Positions 22,332 through 30,749 of a DNA stretch of 30,749 bases are shown piece after piece. The DNA lies in the NCBI GenBank assembly GCA_024638395.1, contig JAHEKK010000001.1:1-30749 (forward strand). Reading direction: 5' to 3'. The notes beneath the pieces were generated by a model. It made no database searches, was not told where the DNA came from, and worked only from the letters and a program-made list of their open reading frames with translations. This stretch comes from Gemmatimonadota bacterium (GTDB lineage Bacteria > Gemmatimonadota > Gemmatimonadetes > Longimicrobiales > Gaopeijiaceae). Positions within the stretch are counted from its first letter, which is position 1; every line of letters begins with the position of its first letter. The translations under genes and the position numbers were made by a program.

Positions 22332-24776
22332 CTACATGAGGTGAACGGGATCCCGGTCGATGGAGATCCGGACGTCGGACCCGGGTGGAGAAAACCCTCC
22401 CGATACCTCATGAAGCAGGTGCCCGAGGCCCCTCGCTCCCCCGCGGAGAAGGACGTGCCAGCGGTATCGCTTGTGAAGGCGCTCGATGGGGGCTGGAGCC
22501 GGCCCCAATACCGCCACGCCCTTCTTCGGGTTCTTGAGCAGCCACTGGCCCAGGGCTTCGGCGGCTTCGACGGCCTCGGTCTGGACCGGGCTGCTGACCA
22601 CGAGGCGGGCCATCCGAACGTGGGGTGGATAGGGCGGGTCCCGGCGCAACGCCATTTCCCGCTCGACGAATCCGATGTAGTCGTGCCCTACGGCCGCCCG
22701 GATCACGTAGTGCTCCGGCACGTAGGTCTGGATGATGACCTCCCCACCGAGCACCCCCCTCCCGGCCCGGCCCGCGACCTGGGCCAGCAGCTGGAACGTC
22801 CGCTCGGCGGCGCGGAAGTCGGGAAGGTGGAGCCCGACATCGGCGTTCACCACTCCCACGAGAGTCACCCGCGGGAAGTCGAGGCCCTTGGCAATCATCT
22901 GGGTTCCGAGAAGGATATCCACCGATCCCTCCCCTACCCGATCCAGGATCTCCTGGTGGGCCCACTTACCCCCCGTCGTATCGACGTCCATGCGGGCGAT
23001 CCGGGCTTCGGGGAATGCCTCCGTGAGGACCCGCTCCACCTGTTCCGTGCCGAGGCCCTTGAAGGAAAGATCCTCCGATCCACACCGGATACACCGTTTC
23101 GGCGGCACATCCGTGTGGCCGCAATGGTGGCAGAGCATCGTGCGCCGCCCCCGGTGGTAGGTCATCGACACCGAGCATTGGACGCAAGCCATGACGTCAC
23201 CGCACTCCCGGCACAGCGAGAAGGACGCATAGCCCCGGCGGTTGAGGAGGACCACCGACTGCTCGCCCGACGCCAGCCGACGGGCCAAAGCCGCCCGAAG
23301 AGACCCACTCAGGATGTGCCCGCCAGCGGCGCCGACGGAGGGGGCCGGTCGGTCGGGCTCCCGGGAGCGGGCGCTCCCTGACCGGAGGTCGACGACCTCC
23401 ACGGCGGGCAGCGCACCGCCCCCGACCCGGTCCGGAAGCTGGAACTTGTCGTACTTGCCGGACCCTGCGTTGGCCCACGTCTCGAGAGAGGGCGTTGCCG
23501 AGCCCAGGACGCAGAGGGCCCCGGCAACCCGGGACCTCATGACCGCGACGTCCCGACCGTGATAGCGGGGCACATCGGACTGTTTGTAGCTCCCGTCGTG
23601 CTCCTCGTCTACGATCACCACGCCCAGGCTTGAAAGCGGAGCAAAGACCGCCGAGCGGGCGCCGATGGCCACCCGGGTGCGTCCGTCCCGGAGCCCCCTC
23701 CATGCGTCGAAGCGCTCCCCATCGGAGAGCCCCGAGTGAAGCACCGCGACGGCGTCTCCGAAAGCTCCGCGAAACCTCTGGACGGTCTGGGGGGTGAGGG
23801 CGATCTCGGGTACCAGCACGATGCCGCTTCCCCCCGCCTCCACGACCTCGCGGAGGAGCTCGACATACACCCGCGTCTTCCCCGAGCCGGTAACACCGTG
23901 AAGGAGCGCCGTCCGGCCCGATCCCAGGAGTCCCGACAGGCCCCGGATGGCCTCCCGTTGCGCCCGCGTAAGAGGCGGCAAGTCGCCCTCGTCGGCCTCC
24001 ATGAGCCGGAAGGGATCCCGAATGACCTCCTCTTCCTCGAGGCGAGCTATGGCCTTGTCGACCAGTCCCTTCACGACAGATCGGCTGAACCCGTCCTCCA
24101 GCAGTCCCGCGAGGGGGACCCTGCCGCCGGATCCGATCAGGCGCTCATAGGCATCACGCTGTCGATGCGATCGTGCAAACACGTCGTCCAACTCAGCCAG
24201 GGTCCCCAACTCCCGCTGCAGCACGACGACGCGACGGGTCAGGGGCGACGGGGGCCTCGGCAACACGGTCTCGTGGCCGATCAGTCCCAGACCTTCCAGG
24301 CGGCGCACCAGAGGCCAGAAGGAACCGGTGCCCAGAGCCCGCCGGAGGGCGTCGGCCGACCGACCCTGCCCCGGAGGGCCGAGGTGGTCCAGCAGATTCG
24401 CCTCGCTCCGTGACAGGGAGACGCCCGGACCGGGCGAAGCCAGGGCCACCAGGTGGTCGCGACTGCGGTCTACGAGGGGCCCGGGAACCACGGCCCTCAA
24501 GACCTGTCCGAGGGGAGCCACGTAGTAGTCTGCGATCCACCGGGCCAGCTCGAGGAGATCCGCCGGCACGGACGGCTTCTCCTCCAACCGGGCCAGGATC
24601 TTCCGGACTCGAGGAACCGGCGTCCCCTCCCCCACCACGAAGCCGACCTGGACGCCGCGGCGGAAAGGCACCATGACACGGGTGCCGACGTCGGGGGGAG
24701 GACCTTCCACGGCGTAGGTGAACGCCTGGTCGACCGGCAGTGGGAGTGCAACGCTGACCAGTGCGGGCCCGGACAC
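22332..24776 (-). CDS. priA: Primosomal protein N' (replication-restart helicase)
   Basis: N-terminal FTY…GTRVMVPF, Walker A GVTGSGKT, DEEH, four CxxC (CREC, CVQC, CHHC, CIRC), GTQMIAKGLDFP, QVAGRAGR, IDRDP. Confidence 0.97.
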   Translation of the reverse strand: MSGPALVSVALPLPVDQAFTYAVEGPPPDVGTRVMVPFRRGVQVGFVVGEGTPVPRVRKILARLEEKPSVPADLLELARWIADYYVAPLGQVLRAVVPGPLVDRSRDHLVALASPGPGVSLSRSEANLLDHLGPPGQGRSADALRRALGTGSFWPLVRRLEGLGLIGHETVLPRPPSPLTRRVVVLQRELGTLAELDDVFARSHRQRDAYERLIGSGGRVPLAGLLEDGFSRSVVKGLVDKAIARLEEEEVIRDPFRLMEADEGDLPPLTRAQREAIRGLSGLLGSGRTALLHGVTGSGKTRVYVELLREVVEAGGSGIVLVPEIALTPQTVQRFRGAFGDAVAVLHSGLSDGERFDAWRGLRDGRTRVAIGARSAVFAPLSSLGVVIVDEEHDGSYKQSDVPRYHGRDVAVMRSRVAGALCVLGSATPSLETWANAGSGKYDKFQLPDRVGGGALPAVEVVDLRSGSARSREPDRPAPSVGAAGGHILSGSLRAALARRLASGEQSVVLLNRRGYASFSLCRECGDVMACVQCSVSMTYHRGRRTMLCHHCGHTDVPPKRCIRCGSEDLSFKGLGTEQVERVLTEAFPEARIARMDVDTTGGKWAHQEILDRVGEGSVDILLGTQMIAKGLDFPRVTLVGVVNADVGLHLPDFRAAERTFQLLAQVAGRAGRGVLGGEVIIQTYVPEHYVIRAAVGHDYIGFVEREMALRRDPPYPPHVRMARLVVSSPVQTEAVEAAEALGQWLLKNPKKGVAVLGPAPAPIERLHKRYRWHVLLRGGARGLGHLLHEVSGGFSPPGSDVRISIDRDPVHLM

Positions 24777-24796
24777 GGGTCCCCCCGTCTCCGCCG

Positions 24797-26002
24797 TCAG
24801 GCGTCTAGGAGGAGGAAGACCCGTTCCTGGGGTCCGTCGACCGTGACCTCCGGTCCCCGGGGGCCCATGAACACGTTCACCTCGGTTCGCATCCCGACGT
24901 CGTCCGGAAGGTAGATCCCGGGCTCGACGGAGAAGCCCACGCCGGGGACCAGTCGGCGGTCGTCCTGGGTTTCCAGGTTGTCCAGATTCGGCCCACGGCC
25001 GTGGAGGTCGCGGTCGATGGAATGGCCCGTTCTGTGAATGAAGGCATGGCCGTACCCGGCATCGCGGATCACGCCGCGGGCGACGTCATCCACCTCGTAC
25101 CCGCGGATGTCGCGGCCGGCCGCATGGGCCTCCTCCAGAAACTCGATGGCGGCGTCCCTGGCGCCGCGGACCGCACGCCATATCTCCTCGAGCCGCTCCG
25201 GTAGCGTGGGCCCGAGGAATCCCATCCAGGTCTGGTCCGCCGGGACGGACCCGGCCTTCACGCCCCCCCAGAGATCGATCAAGAGGAGATCTCCCGCCTT
25301 GATCGGCTCTCCGATCTCACCGGGACTGTAATGTGGGTCGGCAGCCCTGGGACCGATGGCCACGATGCAGTCGGCTTGATCCGGAGCGCCGGCCTCCACC
25401 AGTCGGCGGTGGATCCACGCGGAGAGGGCGCCTTCCGTCACACCCTGTCCCCTCTCAAGGTGGTCCGCCGCCCTCTCGAACGCCTCCCGGGCCACGTCTT
25501 TGACGATCCGGGAGGCGTGGCCGTGTTCCGCCCGCTGATCCTCGCTCCATACGGCGTAGAAGGACGAGACCAGGTCGCCGGAGCTCACCAGCTGCACCCC
25601 TTGCTCCCGGATCACCTCCACCATTCCGGAAGGGAGCAGGTCCAGATAGGGCACGCGGCCATGATCAGACACCTCCGCCGCCACTCGACCCATGTCGGCC
25701 AGCAGGCGCGACAACCCCGCATGGAGCTCGGGCCACCCCGAGTAGCTCGACCGATCCCAATCCAGGTGGGTCCAGGACGAGTGCTCGATGGCATGGATCA
25801 GCAGCGAAGGCTCTCCCTCCGCCGGGACCAGGGCGAAGGCCCGGCGGGTCGTCCACTCGAGACCCAGGAGGGAGCGGGCGATGGGGTTTCGATCCTTGAA
25901 ATCGTACAAAAGCCACCCGTCGAGGTCCCGTTCTCTCAAGGCCGCCTGGACCGCGTGCAGGCCTTCGCGGGACGTGAGGATACCGCCTCCCGGGGAGGTC
26001 AA
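24797..26002 (-). CDS. M24-family metallopeptidase (Xaa-Pro peptidase-like)
   Basis: TTG start overlapping the ccmH TGA. Ligand motifs LIDLWG, ADQTW, HRTGHS, SVEPGIY, RTE. Confidence 0.9.
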   Translation of the reverse strand: MTSPGGGILTSREGLHAVQAALRERDLDGWLLYDFKDRNPIARSLLGLEWTTRRAFALVPAEGEPSLLIHAIEHSSWTHLDWDRSSYSGWPELHAGLSRLLADMGRVAAEVSDHGRVPYLDLLPSGMVEVIREQGVQLVSSGDLVSSFYAVWSEDQRAEHGHASRIVKDVAREAFERAADHLERGQGVTEGALSAWIHRRLVEAGAPDQADCIVAIGPRAADPHYSPGEIGEPIKAGDLLLIDLWGGVKAGSVPADQTWMGFLGPTLPERLEEIWRAVRGARDAAIEFLEEAHAAGRDIRGYEVDDVARGVIRDAGYGHAFIHRTGHSIDRDLHGRGPNLDNLETQDDRRLVPGVGFSVEPGIYLPDDVGMRTEVNVFMGPRGPEVTVDGPQERVFLLLDA

Positions 26003-26520
26003 GCGTCGGCCTCGAGGGCGGCCATGGCCTCCTTGATCCTCTCTTCCTCCGCTTCCGAAAGCCCCTCGTCGACCCCCGCGCCGTCGTCCGGGTCGCGCAT
26101 GTGCCGCAGGACCACCACCACGATGGCGAGCCCCAGGACCAGGACCACCGGCGGCACGACCCAGGCTACGAGGCCCGCTCCCGAACGCTTGGGGTAGGCC
26201 CGGTATTCCTCGCCGTATTGGGCAACCACGAGTTCCACGAGGCTGTCGGCGGGCAGTCCGGCTTCGGCCATCGCCTGGATCGAGTCCCTCAGGTCCTCCG
26301 CGAGCTGCGTAGGACAGATCTCCAGCATCAGCCCGGGGCAGAAGGGCGACCGGATCTTGCTGATGGCCTCCGTGGCCTCGGGATTGTCCGGAGGCGCCAC
26401 TTGCTGAGCCTGTACCGCCCCGGTGACGGCGCCCAGGAAGACCACCAGAACGCCGCCCAGCACGCCCCGGATCTTCCGGCCCGTCGCCATACGGCCGCCT
26501 TTGATCGTCCTCATGGTCAC
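25999..26520 (-). CDS. ccmH: CcmH/CycL-like cytochrome c biogenesis protein, non-canonical cysteine motif (start may be 26514 or 26490)
   Basis: Signal peptide, IRSPFCPGLMLEICPT…AEDLRDSI…VAQYGE…P…LVAWVVP, then a TM helix and an acidic tail. Confidence 0.75.
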   Translation of the reverse strand: MTMRTIKGGRMATGRKIRGVLGGVLVVFLGAVTGAVQAQQVAPPDNPEATEAISKIRSPFCPGLMLEICPTQLAEDLRDSIQAMAEAGLPADSLVELVVAQYGEEYRAYPKRSGAGLVAWVVPPVVLVLGLAIVVVVLRHMRDPDDGAGVDEGLSEAEEERIKEAMAALEADA

Positions 26521-26575
26521 AATCCTCTTTCAGTCGCTGACAGGAGGGGGGCGTCGTCTTCCCGGCCGGAGCCCA

Positions 26576-27541
26576 TCACTCGTCGACCCCAGCCAGAGCC
26601 CGGATCACCGCCACGCAGCCTTCACCGGTGCGCGCGGGGTCGTACCCGCCCTCCAGGAAAACTACCAGTCTCCCTCCACACCGGCGATCCGCCAGCGCCA
26701 TGACCTCCCGGGTCATGGCATGCAGATCGTCAGGTTCCAGAAGCTGACCCCCGAGGGGATCCCCGGCCAGAACGTCGAAACCCGAGGATACCATCACGAA
26801 GTCGGGCTCGAGCCGGTTCTCGGCTTCGCGCAGCGCCTCGGTGAAGACGCCCCGGTACCGGTGCCGGGGCGTGGCCGCGGCGAGGGGCACGTTGAGGGTA
26901 AAGCCCTCGCCGGGGCCCGTGCCCGTTTCGTCGGCCCCGCCGGTTCCGGGATAGTGGGGATACTGATGCAGGGAAAGGAAGAACACGTCGGCGTCCTCAT
27001 AGAAGACGTCCTGTGTGCCGTTCCCGTGATGCACGTCCCAGTCCACGATGAGGATGCGCTCGGCCAACCCCTCCTTCTGAAGACGGCGAGCAGCGACGGC
27101 GACGTTGTTGAAGAGGCAGAACCCCATGGGCCGGTCGGGCGTCGCGTGATGTCCCGGAGGGCGGGCGGCCACGAACGCGTTGGCGAACCTCCCACCGGCC
27201 ACGTCGCCAACCGCCTCGATGCCGGCGCCGACCGTTCCCAGGGCCGCGTCCCACGAAGCGGCGGACACCCGGGTATCCGCTTCGATCGCCACCACGGTGC
27301 CCGATTCACGTGCGTTCTCGACGCCGGCTCGCACGGTTTCGAGGTGGGTCGGGCTGTGTACCCGGAGGAGGTCGTCTTCGCCGGCGGCGCCGGGGTCCAC
27401 CTGTTCGACCTTCCCGTGAAGGGCGATCAGGTCCCGGCCCACCGAAGACGCGAGTGCCCGGAGGCGGCCCTGGTGCTCGGGATGTCCCCATCCCGTGTCA
27501 TGAAGCACAGCCGATGAGTGGAGATAGAACCCGGTTGGCAC
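26576..27541 (-). CDS. Zn-dependent histone deacetylase-family protein (AcuC / acetylpolyamine amidohydrolase-like)
   Basis: [59 protein letters not shown]; catalytic motifs intact. Confidence 0.95.
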   Translation of the reverse strand: MPTGFYLHSSAVLHDTGWGHPEHQGRLRALASSVGRDLIALHGKVEQVDPGAAGEDDLLRVHSPTHLETVRAGVENARESGTVVAIEADTRVSAASWDAALGTVGAGIEAVGDVAGGRFANAFVAARPPGHHATPDRPMGFCLFNNVAVAARRLQKEGLAERILIVDWDVHHGNGTQDVFYEDADVFFLSLHQYPHYPGTGGADETGTGPGEGFTLNVPLAAATPRHRYRGVFTEALREAENRLEPDFVMVSSGFDVLAGDPLGGQLLEPDDLHAMTREVMALADRRCGGRLVVFLEGGYDPARTGEGCVAVIRALAGVDE

Positions 27542-27551
27542 GACCGCTGGG

Positions 27552-30500
27552 CTACCCGGCCGAAACCAGGGCCTCCGACGTCCGGGCGATACGCTCCTGG
27601 ATGCTCAGGACCTCGGGGCGCCGGGTGCGCATCGCCGTCACCGCGTCACAGGCAGCGCTGGTGGCCGACATCGTCGTGAGGTAGGGCACGCCGTGGGTGA
27701 TGGCCGCCCGTCGCATCGCGTAGTCGTCGTACTGGGACTGCTTCCCGAGAGGCGTGTTGATCAGCAGGCCCACCTCGCCACTCACGATGAGGTCGACCAG
27801 ATCGGGTCTCCCCTCGCCCACCTTGTAGACCCGCTGGCACGGAACGCCGAGGCGCCTGAGATAGTCCCGGGTCCCCCCAGTCGCGAGGATGGGGAATCCC
27901 AGGTCGGCCAGCCGCCGGGCCAGAGGCGTGACGGTCGGTTTGTCCTGGTCGTTGACGGTGACCACAACCGCTTCTCTGCCCTCAGGGAGTCGATTCCCGG
28001 CCGACGTCTGAGCCTTGGCGAACGCCATCCCGAACGAGTCGTCCACGCCCATGGCCTCCCCGGTGCTGCGCATCTCGGGACCGAGCAGTGTGTCGACGTC
28101 GAACCGGTTGAACGGAAAGACGGCTTCTTTGACCGCAACCCCGTTCACCTGAGGCTCCTCGGTGAGACCGATGTCGGCCAGTGTTTCGCCGGCCATGATC
28201 CGCGCGGCGATCCGGGCCAGGGGCACCCCTGTGGCCTTGCCGACGAAGGGCACGGTGCGTGACGCCCGTGGATTTACCTCCAGTACGTAGACCCGTTCCT
28301 CCTTGACCGCGTACTGGACATTCAGGAGCCCCACCACCCCGAGCTCCAGGGCGAAGGCCCGGGTCAGCGCCCTCATCTCGTCGAGCTGGGCACCGCCCAG
28401 CAAGTAGGGAGGAAGCACGCAGGCCGAGTCGCCGGAGTGCACGCCGGCATCCTCGATGTGCTGCATGATCCCGCCAATGACCACATCCGTCCCGTCCGAC
28501 AGGGCGTCCACGTCTGCTTCGAACGCGTCCTCCAGGAATCGGTCGATGAGGACCGGGTGGTCCGGAGACGCTCTGACCGCCCTGGCGAAGTACCCCCTCA
28601 GGGACTCGTCGTCGTACACGATCTCCATGGCCCGTCCCCCCAGGACGTAGGAGGGCCGCACGAGGACGGGGAAGCCGATGCGGGACGCGATGGCCACAGC
28701 CTCGTCCTCGCTCATGGCCGTGCCGTTGTCGGGCACCCGCGCGCCGATGCGTGTGCACACCTCCTCGAAGCGCTCCCGGTCTTCGGCCCGGTCGATGGCA
28801 TCGACCGATGTCCCCATGATGGGCACCCCCAGCGCTTCCAGGGACTCCGCCAGGTTGAGGGGGGTCTGACCACCCAGCTGAACCACCACACCCTCGGGGT
28901 TCTCCCTCCGGACGATCTCGACGACATCCTCGAGGGTGAGAGGCTCGAAGTACAGCTTGTCACTCACGTCGAAGTCGGTGGAAACGGTCTCCGGGTTCGA
29001 GTTGACCATGATGGTCTCGAAGCCGGCCTCCTTCAGCGCCAGGACGGCCTGCACGCAGCAGTAGTCGAACTCGATCCCCTGACCGATCCGGTTGGGGCCG
29101 CTACCCAGGATCATCACCTTGCGGCGATCAGACGGGTCGGACTCGTCCTCGGTCTCGTAGGACGAATAGTAGTACGGGGTCTGTGCCGGAAACTCGCCGG
29201 CGCATGTGTCCACCACGTTGAACGTGGGGTGGATCTGCCACTGCCAGCGCTGGTCCCGGACCTCGGCCTCGGTCAGGCCCCGGAGTTTGCCGATCTGGGC
29301 ATCGGAGAAGCCCTCCCGCTTCATCCGTCGGAGGGAGTCGGCGTCCAGCTCGGGGAGGGCTGTGAACCAGCGCTCCCAATCGAGGATCTGGGACAGTTGG
29401 GTGAGGAACCACGGATCGATGTGGGTCACCTCGTACAACTCGTCCACCGAAACGCCGGCCAGGAGTGCCCGCTTGAGCTGGTACACCCGGCGGTCCGTAG
29501 GCCGACGGAGGGCCCGCAGGAGCGATGCGGGGTCGTCGGCCTTCAAGCCGTCCTCCTCCAGGTCCCTGCCGACCGTCCACCCCGTCCGGCCCAGCTCGAG
29601 GCCGCGAAGTCCCTTCTGCCAGGCAGAGCGGAACGTACGCCCAATGGCCATGGTCTCGCCGACGGCCTTCATTTGCACGCCGAGCGTATCGTCCACTTCG
29701 GGGAATTTCTCGAAGGCGAACCGGGGGAACTTGACCACCACGTAGTCCAGAGCCGGCTCGAAGGAGGCGGGCGTGGTCTTGGTGATGTCGTTGGGGAGCT
29801 CGTGAAGGTGATACCCCACCGCCAGCTTCGCCCCGACCCGGGCAATGGGGAAGCCCGTCGCCTTCGAAGCCAGGGCCGAGGAGCGGGAGACACGGGGGTT
29901 CATCTCCACCACCAGCATGTCGCCGTTCTCGGGATTCACGGCAAACTGGATGTTGCAGCCGCCCGCCTCGACGCCGATCTCCCGGATGATGGCGATGGCC
30001 GCGTCCCTCATCCGCTGGTATTCCACGTCCGAGAGGGTCTGGGCCGGGGCCACCGTGATGGAGTCGCCGGTGTGGACCCCCATCGGATCGAAGTTCTCGA
30101 TCGAGCAGACGATGATGACGTTGTCGAGGCCGTCCCGAACCACCTCGAGCTCGTATTCCTTCCAGCCGATGACGCTCCGGTCGATGAGGACCTCGGTGAT
30201 CGGACTCGCGTCGAGGCCCTTCCGGACCTGAATCTCGAATTCTTCTTTGTTGTAGGCGATGCCGCCGCCGGTGCCGCCAAGGGTGTAGGACGGCCGGATG
30301 ATGGCCGGATACCCCGTGTCGGTCACGATGGCGAGGGCGTCATCCAGGCTCTTGGCGAACCCACCGTGGGGAACGGCGAGGCCGATGCGGTCCATGGCCA
30401 TCGAGAACTCTTCCCGGTCCTCGGCCATCTGGATGGAGCGTGAATTGGCGCCGATGAGCTCGACGCCGTGGGCCTCGAGCACACCCTGGTCGTGGAGGGC

Positions 30501-30749
30501 CATGGCGATGTTGAGGGCGGTCTGCCCTCCCATCGTCGGCAGGAGGGCGTCGGGCTTCTCCTTCTCGATCACCCGCGTCACCCACTCTGGCGTCAGGGGC
30601 TCGATGTAGGTCCGGTCCGCGAGGTCCGGGTCCGTCATGATCGTGGCAGGGTTGGAATTCACCAGGATCGTGCGGTAGCCCTCTTCATTCAGGGCGCGGA
30701 TCGCCTGGGTTCCCGAATAGTCGAATTCGCAGGCCTGGCCAATGACGAT
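27552..30749 (-). CDS. carB: Carbamoyl-phosphate synthase large subunit, 5'-partial (start lies beyond the window)
   Basis: Open from the window end: [16 protein letters not shown]…[10 protein letters not shown]. Two ATP-grasp units ([19 protein letters not shown]), [16 protein letters not shown]-terminal MGS domain. Confidence 0.98.
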   Translation of the reverse strand: MVIGQACEFDYSGTQAIRALNEEGYRTILVNSNPATIMTDPDLADRTYIEPLTPEWVTRVIEKEKPDALLPTMGGQTALNIAMALHDQGVLEAHGVELIGANSRSIQMAEDREEFSMAMDRIGLAVPHGGFAKSLDDALAIVTDTGYPAIIRPSYTLGGTGGGIAYNKEEFEIQVRKGLDASPITEVLIDRSVIGWKEYELEVVRDGLDNVIIVCSIENFDPMGVHTGDSITVAPAQTLSDVEYQRMRDAAIAIIREIGVEAGGCNIQFAVNPENGDMLVVEMNPRVSRSSALASKATGFPIARVGAKLAVGYHLHELPNDITKTTPASFEPALDYVVVKFPRFAFEKFPEVDDTLGVQMKAVGETMAIGRTFRSAWQKGLRGLELGRTGWTVGRDLEEDGLKADDPASLLRALRRPTDRRVYQLKRALLAGVSVDELYEVTHIDPWFLTQLSQILDWERWFTALPELDADSLRRMKREGFSDAQIGKLRGLTEAEVRDQRWQWQIHPTFNVVDTCAGEFPAQTPYYYSSYETEDESDPSDRRKVMILGSGPNRIGQGIEFDYCCVQAVLALKEAGFETIMVNSNPETVSTDFDVSDKLYFEPLTLEDVVEIVRRENPEGVVVQLGGQTPLNLAESLEALGVPIMGTSVDAIDRAEDRERFEEVCTRIGARVPDNGTAMSEDEAVAIASRIGFPVLVRPSYVLGGRAMEIVYDDESLRGYFARAVRASPDHPVLIDRFLEDAFEADVDALSDGTDVVIGGIMQHIEDAGVHSGDSACVLPPYLLGGAQLDEMRALTRAFALELGVVGLLNVQYAVKEERVYVLEVNPRASRTVPFVGKATGVPLARIAARIMAGETLADIGLTEEPQVNGVAVKEAVFPFNRFDVDTLLGPEMRSTGEAMGVDDSFGMAFAKAQTSAGNRLPEGREAVVVTVNDQDKPTVTPLARRLADLGFPILATGGTRDYLRRLGVPCQRVYKVGEGRPDLVDLIVSGEVGLLINTPLGKQSQYDDYAMRRAAITHGVPYLTTMSATSAACDAVTAMRTRRPEVLSIQERIARTSEALVSAG

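Noticed and set aside
28437-30443. 668-aa plus-strand ORF
   Set aside because: Antisense shadow of carB.

Overview
GC-rich bacterial window, about 27 protein-coding genes. Gene content and style suggest a Gemmatimonadota/Longimicrobiales-like organism (inference). No rRNA, tRNA, CRISPR array or transposase was seen. Left to right: (1) an apparent chimeric junction at nt ~93-95, where a corC/hlyC N-terminal fragment (+) is fused to a truncated MetF-like gene (-); (2) a minus-strand operon of S9 peptidase, pepP and the MetF-like gene, coupled by GTGA overlaps; (3) a CarboxypepD_reg multi-domain exported protein plus a YncD/PqqU-like TonB-dependent receptor; (4) a NAGPA-like lipoprotein, a small beta-barrel, a small membrane protein and threonine synthase; (5) ECF module 1 (sigma, anti-sigma, protease-less tandem-PDZ protein); (6) a ~470-nt hairpin-rich unexplained gap; (7) ECF module 2, convergent with module 1 (sigma, anti-sigma, Spy/CnrX-like periplasmic protein, TolC, ABC ATPase, MFP, MacB-type permease); (8) two divergent hypothetical genes with back-to-back ECF-type promoters; (9) a minus-strand run of carB (5'-partial), HDAC-family deacetylase, non-canonical CcmH, M24 peptidase, priA and HNH nuclease. 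The best candidates for something new are the two ECF envelope-sensing modules, their candidate local regulon and the structured gap between them. Comparisons with known proteins are from memory; no searches were run.
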